In this document: positions 1 through 9,162 of the stretch, one piece after another | Layout of the letters: every line of letters starts with the position of its first letter | Numbering within the stretch: the first letter of the stretch is position 1 | Position numbers and translations under genes: made by a program | From: an uncultured Chitinophagaceae bacterium | GTDB taxonomy: Bacteria > Bacteroidota > Bacteroidia > Chitinophagales > Chitinophagaceae | Reading direction: 5' to 3' | NCBI GenBank assembly: GCA_963826385.1 | Contig: CAWGWV010000032.1 | Location: 77,220 to 141,219 of the forward strand | DNA length: 64,000 bases | The notes under the pieces: model-generated | Databases searched by the model: none | Seen by the model: the letters and a program-made list of their open reading frames with translations, nothing else | What the model was told of the DNA's origin: nothing

Positions 1-748
1 TCAGAATCCAATGCCAATTTTGCCCTGGTAAGCTACCTAACGCAACGGCTCGCTGGATACGGACTTTGGCAAGGAAGGCATACAAAGCACAGACTTAGGC
101 GGCTATGATAACCTCACGGCAGCGGCTTTGCAGAAAGACGGAAAGATAGTTACCCTGGGCTACACATACCGCAGCCAGACAGATGAGTTTCTCCCGGCCC
201 TTGCCCGCTACTACGGTTATCCTCAGAAAGTATCCTTAATCGTCCGCATCAAGCGCTGGCTGCACAATCATACTATTACCTGGAAAGGTTTGCCTGCAGA
301 TGATAAGATTTCCTATTACAGCGTAGAGCAAAGCAACAATAACAGAGATGGCTTTACGCCCGTAGCCAAAGTAAGCGGCGTAAGCAACCTGAAAGATTAC
401 AGCCTTACCAACAGCAGTTTATTGCAAGGCACCAATTATTACCGCATTAAAGCCGTAAGCAGCGATGGAGTGATAAGGTACAGCGAAGTAGTAAGCGCAG
501 ATAACAGCGCCAATACGGCATCTGTCTATCCCAACCCCGCCAGAGATTATGTAACTGTACAAGGATTGCCCGCCAACACAACCGCCAACATCAGCATCTC
601 AGATGGCAGTGGGAATGTGAGGGTAAAAGGAGTGAGCACCGGCAGTGCGCAATACCGCTCGCAGCTGACCAATCTGCAGCCCGGTACTTACTATGTAAAC
701 ATCACCGCAAACGGCAAAACGGAAACGGTGAAGTTTGTAAAAGAGTGA
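1..748 (+). CDS. C-terminal part of a T9SS-secreted protein with delta-60 (beta-propeller) repeats; 5' end outside the window, probable indel near nt 40
   Basis: Frame upstream of the ORF reads NGSLDTDFGKEGIQSTDLGGYDNLTAAALQKDGKIV (delta-60 repeat). C-terminus SVYPNPARDYVTV...LQPGTYYVNITANGKTETVKFVKE is a type A T9SS sorting domain. Confidence 0.85.
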
Positions 749-768
749 GTGATGGAAAATAGTGGAGC

Positions 769-812
769 ATAGTAGAAGCAGCGGCTCCCGCAGGAGCCGC
801 TGCTTCTACTAT
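769..812. terminator. Bidirectional terminator-like hairpin between convergent genes
   Basis: Perfect 20-bp inverted repeat ATAGTAGAAGCAGCGGCTCC-cgca-GGAGCCGCTGCTTCTACTAT. Confidence 0.75.
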
Positions 813-846
813 AGAAAATTGCCTGCTACATTCATTACACTTGCTT

Positions 847-2560
847 TTACTGCACACCTTGCGAAGGCTTACAATCTATCACTTTCATTTGTATGCTTTT
901 GGTGCCATTCCATTCATTTAAATCAATGGTAAATACAATGTCAATGGGGTTGTCTTTCTGCAGAAGGTCAAACTTGTCTGCCATGTTGAAACCAATGCCG
1001 GTGAGCATCGTATGTTGCTGTTTCAGTACAAAGCGCACGTGCTGTTCCTTTACAATTTTGGAATAGCCGGTATCGTGCACGTGGCGGGCAATAAATACGG
1101 GACGCATATTTAGGGGACCAAAAGGTTCCATCTGGCAAAGGATGTTGTAAAATGGAAACGTGAGTTCGGAAAATTTCACTTCCGCATCTATCACGATCTC
1201 CGGCGTGAGCATGTGGTCGGCGATGGTAGCCGATACAATCTCTTCAAACTTTGTTGCAGAATGCATCTACCTGTTCGGGCAGCATCGTCATGCCGGCGGC
1301 GGCAAAGTGCCCGCCATAGCCCAGCAGGTGTTCGCGGCAGGCATGGATGGCTTCATACAAATTAAAGCCCGCCACACTGCGTGCGCTGCCCGATACCACA
1401 TTGCCGCTTTTGGTGAGCACAACGGTGGGTCGGTAATAGCTTTCTACCAGCCGCGACGCCACAATGCCCACCACACCTTTGTGCCAATGATCCTGGAACA
1501 CAACAGTAGTTTTGCGCAGCCCCTGTTCTTCGTTGCTCCGTATCATGTGGATGGCTTCTTCGGTAATGGACATATCCGCTTCTTTGCGGTCGGTGTTGTC
1601 GTTGTGGAGTATTTCGGCAAGTTGAAGCGCTTTGTCGTAGTCCTGTTCAATGAACAACTGAACGGCTTTTTTGGCATCGTCCATGCGCCCGGCCGCGTTG
1701 ATGCGAGGCGCCACGATAAAAACAAGATTGTTGATGTGCAAGGGTTGCTGCTGCATACCGGCGAGCTGTAGCAGCGCTTTGATGCCCATGCCGGGCTTGC
1801 TGTTGATTTTTTGCAGGCCGTGAAAGGCAAGGATGCGGTTTTCGCCATTGATGGGCACAATGTCGGCGGCAATGGCGGTGGCTACGAGGTCTAAAAATTG
1901 CAGGTACGATTCGGCCGGCAGCTGAAGCTCTTCGCTCAAAGCCTGCATCAATTTGAAGCCAACGCCGCAGCCACACAATTCTTTATACGGGTAAGTGCAG
2001 TCTTTCTGTTTGGGATTGAGAATGGCAGTGGCATCGGGCAGCACATCATCGGGCATGTGGTGATCGCAAATGATAAAATCAATGCCCTGTTCTTTGGCAT
2101 ATTTGACCAGTTCTACTGATTTGATGCCGCAGTCGAGAGAAACAATCAGGGAAATGTTGTTTTCGAGTGCATATTCAATGCCCGCTTTGGATACGCCATA
2201 GCCTTCGCGGTAGCGGTGCGGGATGTAATAATCCACATCGGGATAAACATTTTTCAGAAACTGGAACATGCTGGCCACCGAAGTAGTGCCATCCACATCG
2301 TAATCGCCATAGACCAGTATTTTTTCGCCGTCATCAAATGCTGAGAGGATGCGTTTCACGGCTTTCAGCATGTCTTTCATCAGCCAGGGATCGTGCAGGT
2401 GAGAAAGCTGCGGGCGAAAAAAATCTTTCGCTTCGGCGAAGGTCTCAATGCCACGCTGCACCAGTATTTTGCAGATCGTGTAGCTGATGCGTAGCGATTG
2501 CTGCAAGCTGTTGGCTTTGTTGGTATCACCCGGTAATATGTTCCATCTTTTTTGCATCAA
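847..2560 (-). CDS. recJ: Single-stranded-DNA-specific exonuclease RecJ (one frameshift near 1250, likely sequencing indel)
   Basis: DHH motifs YGDYDVDG, SLDCG, CDHH, GSARS, GGHFAAAG in ORF 1244..2560. C-terminal MEPFGPLNMRPVF region continues in ORF 847..1266. Confidence 0.93.
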
Positions 2561-3519
2561 AATGTTCGGTCTGTTGTATATCTCACCAATTCTTCCAGCG
2601 CTTCTCTTACTTCGCCCGGCTGAAACCGGTACAAGATAGCCAATGCTTCGTCGCGGTAGGCAAACATTTTCTTCTGCGCATATGCGATGCCGCCGGTTTC
2701 CTGTACGGTATTGATGACGAACTGTACTTTTTGTTTGTTGTTGTTGTCGTTTTTTACGATGTTGATGAGCTGCCGGCGAAGTTTTGTGTCCACGTTGTTG
2801 AGCGTGTAAATAAGCGGCAGTGTCAGTTTTTTTTCTTTGATGTCGTTGCCCGTCGGCTTCCCGATTTTCTGGTTTCCGTAGTCAAAAAGGTCGTCTTTGA
2901 TCTGGAATGCCATGCCTACTTTTTCGCCAAACAGTCGCAGGGTTTCTATATCTTCTTCATCTGTGAACGTGGTGGAGGCTCCGGCTGCACATGCCGAAGC
3001 AAGGAGCGATGCGGTTTTCCCGTTGATGATGTCGTAATATACAGCTTCTTCAATGTTGAGGTTGCGGGCTTTTTCTATTTGCAGCAGTTCGCCTTCACTC
3101 ATCATTTTCACGGCTCTCGACATCAACTGGAGTATTTTGAAATCGTTGTTGTCAATAGACAGCAGCAGTCCTTTTGAGAGCAGGTAATCACCCACCAGAA
3201 CCGCCACTTTGTTTTTCCAGAGTGCGTTGATGGAAAAAAAACCACGGCGTTCAAACGCCTCGTCCACCACATCGTCGTGTACGAGGGTAGCCGTATGAAG
3301 CAACTCGACCAGCGAGGCGGCACGGTAAGAGGCGGTGTTGATTTCTCCACCCAGCCGCGCACTCAGCAAAACGAACATGGGGCGCAATTGCTTTCCTTTT
3401 CGCTTCACGATGTAACTCATGATCCTGTCGAGCAGCGGGACTTTGCTTTTAACTGCCAGGCTGAAATATTTTTCAAACTCTACCAGCTGCCGGCTAATAA
3501 TTCGATTCGCTTTTTCCAT
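2557..3519 (-). CDS. ispB: Polyprenyl diphosphate synthase (octaprenyl/IspB-like)
   Basis: GKQLRP, LVHDDVVD and FQIKDDLFD aspartate-rich motifs. ATGA overlap with recJ. Confidence 0.9.
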   Translation of the reverse strand: MEKANRIISRQLVEFEKYFSLAVKSKVPLLDRIMSYIVKRKGKQLRPMFVLLSARLGGEINTASYRAASLVELLHTATLVHDDVVDEAFERRGFFSINALWKNKVAVLVGDYLLSKGLLLSIDNNDFKILQLMSRAVKMMSEGELLQIEKARNLNIEEAVYYDIINGKTASLLASACAAGASTTFTDEEDIETLRLFGEKVGMAFQIKDDLFDYGNQKIGKPTGNDIKEKKLTLPLIYTLNNVDTKLRRQLINIVKNDNNNKQKVQFVINTVQETGGIAYAQKKMFAYRDEALAILYRFQPGEVREALEELVRYTTDRTF

Positions 3520-3842
3520 TCTTGTTTGGTATCCGGTATTTCCGTAGCCGGCTTATAAATGTAAGATAAACCGAAAAAAACACGAAGTGGCGGTAGTAAA
3601 TTCCACAGTTCTTCCGGGTATATTCAAATATACTGCTGCAAACCTCTTGTATAAAATGTAAACTTGGCAGATCTGCTGTCACAAAATAAATATTTAGAGA
3701 AACCGGAAGCATCTTTTCTATGGCATCTGTTGTCTTGTTAGTACGTCGTTGGTAATTTATTATGGTTTCTATAACGCGTTGGCATTGCAATTGCTTTACA
3801 GTAGAAAAAAAAATTAACGTGTTCGACAGGCAGGAATTTATA

Positions 3843-3873
3843 TTTGTTAATTAAGTATCAATATCTATTTTTG
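3843..3873 (+). promoter_or_regulatory. Bacteroidota primary-sigma promoter of the OmpA gene
   Basis: TTTG (3843-3846), 19 nt spacer, TATTTTTG (3866-3873); matches the -33/-7 consensus. Confidence 0.7.
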
Positions 3874-3942
3874 CTGAAAATGAGGTCTTTACCAGGATTA
3901 ACTTATTAGGTAGCCTAAACAAAAAATTAAACTATACCAACT

Positions 3943-5574
3943 ATGGTAATTAAACAGTATGCAGTAATGTTGGGCTTGCTATTCGCGGCTCAAGGTGTTT
4001 TTGCACAAGACAGTTCGATGAGCTCTATGAATGATGCCAAATCTTATTGGGCAGATTCTTCCAAGGTTTCTACGAAGAATATGGCCCAGTACAACGAATT
4101 CAGGAACAATATGTACCCTTACCCGGCAAAGCCGCGCGACATGTGGCAGCTTGGAATTACGGGTGGTGTCTTGATGCCATTATTCGATGTGCCAAACGCT
4201 GCATTTCCAGGATGGCATGCCGGCTTAAACCTGCGTAAATCGTTGGGTTATCTCGTTTCGGTGAAAGTGGGTGTAGAATATGGTGAAACGAAAGGCTATG
4301 AATACAGATTGGGTACCAGCCCGTTCAACATTCCATTGAGTGCCCGCAGCGCTTACGGAAACAATGGCACCTGGATTCCCAACTACAAAATGCAGGCGAT
4401 CATTCCATCAGTCGAAATGATGTTCTCTTTCTCCAACATCCTTTTCCACAAAGGAAATCCAAAGAGCAACGTTTACTTTACTGCCGGTTATACTCCTTTT
4501 GCTTATCACACGACAATTGATGCGCTTAATGCAAACGGACAGCCTTATGATTTCAAAGGACAGATAGACTTTACACAAAAACGTACTGATATCCAGAAAG
4601 ACATTAAAAACCTGCTGGATGGTTCTTACGAAACGGATGCTACCGTGAGAGGCCGTAGCCAGAATTTCGACGATGCTTCTAGCAACTGGCAGTTTCGCCA
4701 CAGCGCATTCATCGGTGGTGGTTACGAATTCAAACTGAGCAACCGTGTTTCTTTGGGTTTGGAAGCCAAATATTACATCCTGAGTGATGATTATATTGAC
4801 GGCAAATACCTGCAAAGAGATGGCAGCAGCCTGACGCCAGAAAAAGACAACCTCATCTCCGGTGATGTAACGTTGGGTTTCAACCTGGGCAATGCCAGCA
4901 AACGTACCGAGCCATTGTGGTTCCAAAACCCGTTGAACTACATTTACAACGAAGTCAATGCTCCTGAACACATGAAGATCCCAACACCTGTACTGCCTGA
5001 TGCAGACAGCGATGGTGTAACTGACCAGTTTGACCAGGAACCAAACACTCCCGCCGGTGCTCCGGTTGACTCTCATGGTGTAGCCAAAGATACTGATGGT
5101 GATGGTGTTCCTGATTACAACGATAAAGAGTTGCTGACTCCACAAAAATGCTTCCCGGTAGATGCTGATGGTGTCGGTAAATGTCCTCCTACCTGTTGCG
5201 ATTCTTTGGATCAATACCGCTTAGGTGCTTGTAACCTGTCAGGTTTGCCAAGTGTAGAATTCAAAGGCACTTCCAATACATTGAGCAAAGCAGCCCAGGC
5301 GTCACTCGCTTCTGTAGCCCAAATGATCCAGAACAATCCCGGTTGTAAGATCAGGGTGGTAGGTCATGGCGCATCTGACAAACGTGCACAACAGCGCAGC
5401 TGGGATCGTGTAAATGCAGTGATCCAGTACATGGTTAACCAACAGGGCATTTCTGAAAGCCGCTTCATCTTTATCTATGGTACAGATGGCGACGCCAACG
5501 TAGTTGACCTGGAAGGTACTACTGAAGAAGGTCCTAACAGCGCACCGGCTCCTTCTCCTCAGTATCAGAGATAA
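3943..5574 (+). CDS. OmpA-family outer membrane protein (beta-barrel, TSP3 Ca-binding repeats, OmpA-like C-terminal domain)
   Basis: Signal peptide, DADSDGVTDQFD and DTDGDGVPDYND TSP3 repeats, C-terminal KIRVVGH...SWDRVNAVIQYMVNQQGISESRF. Confidence 0.88.
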   Translation: MVIKQYAVMLGLLFAAQGVFAQDSSMSSMNDAKSYWADSSKVSTKNMAQYNEFRNNMYPYPAKPRDMWQLGITGGVLMPLFDVPNAAFPGWHAGLNLRKSLGYLVSVKVGVEYGETKGYEYRLGTSPFNIPLSARSAYGNNGTWIPNYKMQAIIPSVEMMFSFSNILFHKGNPKSNVYFTAGYTPFAYHTTIDALNANGQPYDFKGQIDFTQKRTDIQKDIKNLLDGSYETDATVRGRSQNFDDASSNWQFRHSAFIGGGYEFKLSNRVSLGLEAKYYILSDDYIDGKYLQRDGSSLTPEKDNLISGDVTLGFNLGNASKRTEPLWFQNPLNYIYNEVNAPEHMKIPTPVLPDADSDGVTDQFDQEPNTPAGAPVDSHGVAKDTDGDGVPDYNDKELLTPQKCFPVDADGVGKCPPTCCDSLDQYRLGACNLSGLPSVEFKGTSNTLSKAAQASLASVAQMIQNNPGCKIRVVGHGASDKRAQQRSWDRVNAVIQYMVNQQGISESRFIFIYGTDGDANVVDLEGTTEEGPNSAPAPSPQYQR

Positions 5575-5597
5575 TGACAACATAATTTCATTATACC

Positions 5598-5631
5598 AAA
5601 CCGTCTCAAACAAATGAGACGGTTTTTTTTT
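5598..5631 (+). terminator. Rho-independent terminator after the OmpA gene
   Basis: AAACCGTCTCA-aacaaa-TGAGACGGTTT followed by a T-run. Confidence 0.85.
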
Positions 5632-5638
5632 GTAAAGT

Positions 5639-5679
5639 TGTCATCCTGTCAGTTATTGTTGTTCTGGTACTGGTTTTGA
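5639..5679 (+). promoter_or_regulatory. Putative sigma54 (-24/-12) promoter of htpG with upstream tandem TGTCA boxes
   Basis: TGGTAC-TGGTT-TTGA at 5665-5679; TGTCA at 5639-5643 and 5647-5651. Confidence 0.5.
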
Positions 5680-5745
5680 CGAATGCAGCCATTGACAACA
5701 TATATTATTGAATCTTTAAAATAGACACTCAAAAAACATCCGGTT

Positions 5746-7632
5746 ATGCAAAAAGGACAGATTCGAGTTCAGACGGAAAATATTTTTCCCATCATCAAAA
5801 AATTTCTCTACAGCGATCATGAGATTTTTGTAAGAGAACTGGTGAGCAATGCAGTAGATGCTTCACAAAAACTAAAAACACTTTCATCCATTGGTGAAGC
5901 CAAAGGCGATCTCGGCGAATTGAGGATAGACGTGGTGCTGGATGCCAAAGAAAAAACGCTCAGCATTATAGACCGCGGCGTGGGCATGACCAAAGACGAA
6001 GTGGACAAATATTTGAACCAGGTGGCTTTTAGCGGGGCAGAAGAGTTTTTACACAAATACAAAGACGCCAACATCATCGGGCATTTCGGTTTGGGCTTTT
6101 ACAGCGCTTTCATGGTCAGCAGCCGCGTGGAAGTAATCACGCAAAGCTATAATAGCGATGCCGCTACCGTTTATTGGAGTTGTGATGGCAGCCCCGAATT
6201 TGAACTGTACGAAGTAGAAAAACGCGACCGCGGAACCAAGATCATTCTGCATATCAGCGACGACAGTGAAGAGTTTCTCGACGCGTCCCGCATCAAAGGG
6301 ATATTGGAAAAATTCTGCCGCTTTTTGCCCATCGCCATTTATTTCAAAGACGTTGCAGCGCAATCGGAAGATCAGACCGAGGAAGACAAAGCAGATGCGG
6401 AAAAACCCATTAACAATACCAATCCCATCTGGACGAAAAAGCCTGCTGAATTAACAACGGAAGATTACCAGAATTTTTACCGCGAACTGTACCCCTTTGG
6501 CGAAACACCGCTGTTCTGGATTCACCTGAACGTGGATTACCCGTTCAACCTGACCGGCGTTTTGTATTTTCCAAAAATCAAGCAGAGCTACGAGATTCAG
6601 AAAGACAAAATTCAGTTGTACAGCAACCAGGTATTTGTAACTGATGAGGTAAAAAACATCGTTCCGGAATTTTTGATGCTGTTGCATGGCGTAATTGATA
6701 GTCCCGATATCCCATTGAATGTAAGCCGCAGCTACCTGCAGGGCGACCCGAATGTGAAAAAAATCAATGCCCACATTACCAAGAAAGTGGCTGACAAACT
6801 GGATGAAATATTCCGGAACGAACGCACTTCTTTCGAAGACAAATGGGAAAGCCTTGGCTTGTTTGTGAAGTACGGGATGATGACGGATGATAAGTTTTTG
6901 GATAAAGCCAGCAAGTTTCTCATCCTGCAGGATGTGGCAGATAACAAATTTTATACCCTCGAAGAATACAAGGTGGCAACAGAAACGCTGCAGAAAAACA
7001 AGGAAGGCAAGTATGTTGTATTGTATACCACCGATCCTGTGCAGCAGGACGCCTATGTGCAGGCTGCCAAACAAAAAAATTACATCGTTGTGAAAATGGA
7101 AACGCTGATTGATGCAGCATTCATCAACAACATGGAGATGAAATGGCAGGATGTGCATTTTGTGCGCGTAGATGCCGATATCGTGGACAACCTCATTGAC
7201 AAGCAGGATGCTACAGACAGCATACTGGGCAAAGAGGAAGAAGCAAAACTGAAAGAATTGTTCACCTTCGACATTCCGCAACTGCATGTATCTATAGAAG
7301 TCAAAGGCTTGAGCACCGATACAGCACCGGTGGTGGCTACCCGCCCCGAATTTATGCGTCGCATGAAAGACATGGCCAGTATGGGCGGCGGCGGTATGAC
7401 CTCGTTCTATGCGCAGATGCCCGACGAAGTGACACTCACCGTCAATGGCAATCACCCCATTTACCAGTCATTGTTGAAGGAAGGGGATGAAGCCCGCCGG
7501 CAAAAGCAAATCCGCACATTGGCAGACATGGCTTTGTTGTCGCAGGGGTTGCTGAAAGGTACCGATCTGACCAACTTTATCAGCCGCAACATCGAGTTGA
7601 TGCAGGACGAAAAAGCAACGGCAGAAGCTTAA
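5746..7632 (+). CDS. htpG: Molecular chaperone HtpG (Hsp90)
   Basis: LYSDHEIFVRELVSNAVDA, IIDRGVGM, IGHFGLGFYSAF and DSPDIPLNVSRSYLQ motifs. Confidence 0.97.
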   Translation: MQKGQIRVQTENIFPIIKKFLYSDHEIFVRELVSNAVDASQKLKTLSSIGEAKGDLGELRIDVVLDAKEKTLSIIDRGVGMTKDEVDKYLNQVAFSGAEEFLHKYKDANIIGHFGLGFYSAFMVSSRVEVITQSYNSDAATVYWSCDGSPEFELYEVEKRDRGTKIILHISDDSEEFLDASRIKGILEKFCRFLPIAIYFKDVAAQSEDQTEEDKADAEKPINNTNPIWTKKPAELTTEDYQNFYRELYPFGETPLFWIHLNVDYPFNLTGVLYFPKIKQSYEIQKDKIQLYSNQVFVTDEVKNIVPEFLMLLHGVIDSPDIPLNVSRSYLQGDPNVKKINAHITKKVADKLDEIFRNERTSFEDKWESLGLFVKYGMMTDDKFLDKASKFLILQDVADNKFYTLEEYKVATETLQKNKEGKYVVLYTTDPVQQDAYVQAAKQKNYIVVKMETLIDAAFINNMEMKWQDVHFVRVDADIVDNLIDKQDATDSILGKEEEAKLKELFTFDIPQLHVSIEVKGLSTDTAPVVATRPEFMRRMKDMASMGGGGMTSFYAQMPDEVTLTVNGNHPIYQSLLKEGDEARRQKQIRTLADMALLSQGLLKGTDLTNFISRNIELMQDEKATAEA

Positions 7633-7659
7633 GATTTTCGCATTGTACTATTGCATACG

Positions 7660-7694
7660 CGGTTGTCGTTTTTTAAAAAGCGGCAACCGTTTTT
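7660..7694 (+). terminator. Terminator after htpG
   Basis: CGGTTGTCGTTTTT / AAAAAGCGGCAACCG stem with G-U pairs, followed by TTTTT. Confidence 0.65.
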
Positions 7695-7768
7695 GTTTGG
7701 TGACTGTGCAAAAGGCAGTAGTGTTTCAACCATCAGAAATAGCGTTATTTTGCTGCAAATCCTGCTGC

Positions 7769-9110
7769 TTGCATAGTTTATTATTTATCTCTTACTTGTT
7801 GTTGTTTGGCTGGCTCGTTACCCAGGTGCCTTTCTTTCGAAATACTGGTCTTCACAAGGGCTGGCTGGTGGGGTTGTTTCTGGTAAAAATTGCTTCCGGA
7901 TTTGCCTATGCATGGTTTTTTTCGTTGCCTCAGTATGTTGCTACTGCCGATACCTGGGGGTTTTACCGCGATAGTCTAAAAGAAACCGACTGGCTGCTGC
8001 GCGACCCGGCAGGGTTTGTTACAGATTTGTTTCATTATCCCTATGAGCAAAGCGGCAACCTGTTTGCCGGCGTATCTTCATATTGGAACGATTTAAAGAA
8101 CAATGTTTTTATAAAACTGATGGCAGTGATCAATGTTTGTACAGACAAAGATTATCATACCAATATCATTGTATTCAACTTTTTATATTTTTTTGGACCG
8201 GTGGCTTTGTTCCGGTTGGTAAAAAGCAGCTGGCAGTTTGATCAACGCTGGCTGGTCTTGCCTGTATTTTTACTGCCATCATTTGTATTCTGGTGCAGCG
8301 GAATTCACAAAGACGGGTTGATATTTTCGTGCCATGCTCATCGCCATCTTCAGCCTGCATCGGCAGTTGGATGAGAACCAGATATTGTGGAAGCATTGCC
8401 TGCTTATTTTGTGTTGTTTTGTTTTGTTGTTTGCGCTGCGCAATGTCATCCTGCTGTTGCTGTTGCCGGCATGCACCGGCTGGTACATCAGCACCAAAGT
8501 GCAGCGCTATCAATGGTGGATATTTGGTGCAATTTACTTGATTGGTTTACTTTTTTTCTTTTTGTCAGCCAACCTGACGCCTGCTTTCAATTTTCCGCAG
8601 TATATTGTAGCCAAACAAGCAGAGTTCAATGTACTCAGCGGATCGTCTAAGTTGGTGCTGCCTGTTTTACAGGATACATTTCGAAGTTTTGTACATTTTT
8701 TTCCCTTTGCGTTGGACATTGCTTTTGTCCGCCCGAAAATCGGCGATGCCAGCAACCTCAGTTATGCAGCAGCTGCCATAGAAAACCTACTCATTATTTT
8801 TATTATCATAATATGGATGATCTTTCATCAGCCATTAACAAGCGTGCAACCCATAATGGTTTTTTTTATCTTCTTTAGTTTATCTGTTTTGATGTTGTGT
8901 GGTTATACAGTCAGCTTTTCAGGTGCCGTGGTCCGGTACAAAAGCATTGTTACACCCATGCTTGTTACCATCTTGCTGGTTACTATATCTCAAAAGGGTA
9001 AGAGGATTTATAAAAGTTATAAAAAATCATCATTTATTATTTTTTTAGTTTTAATAAAACCTTTTTTAATACTTTTGAGCACAACTGCAATTATTAGTAC
9101 CAATTCATAA
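7769..9110 (+). CDS. Polytopic membrane protein of unknown function, possibly GT-C-fold glycosyltransferase or Wzy-like polymerase (frameshift near 8335)
   Basis: About 10-12 hydrophobic segments across ORFs 7643..8374 and 8334..9110; early loop ADTWGFY, SGIHKDG, late GAVVRYK. TTG start at 7769 follows a TTATTTTG box. Confidence 0.6.
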
Positions 9111-9162
9111 TGTGCGATACAGATAACTTATTTTTCATTATTCACAAAAACTCACAACAATT

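Noticed and set aside
1244-1266. Programmed frameshift or split recJ
   Set aside because: A single extra base explains the break, there is no stimulatory structure, and similar isolated indels occur in aroE, argS and the response regulator.
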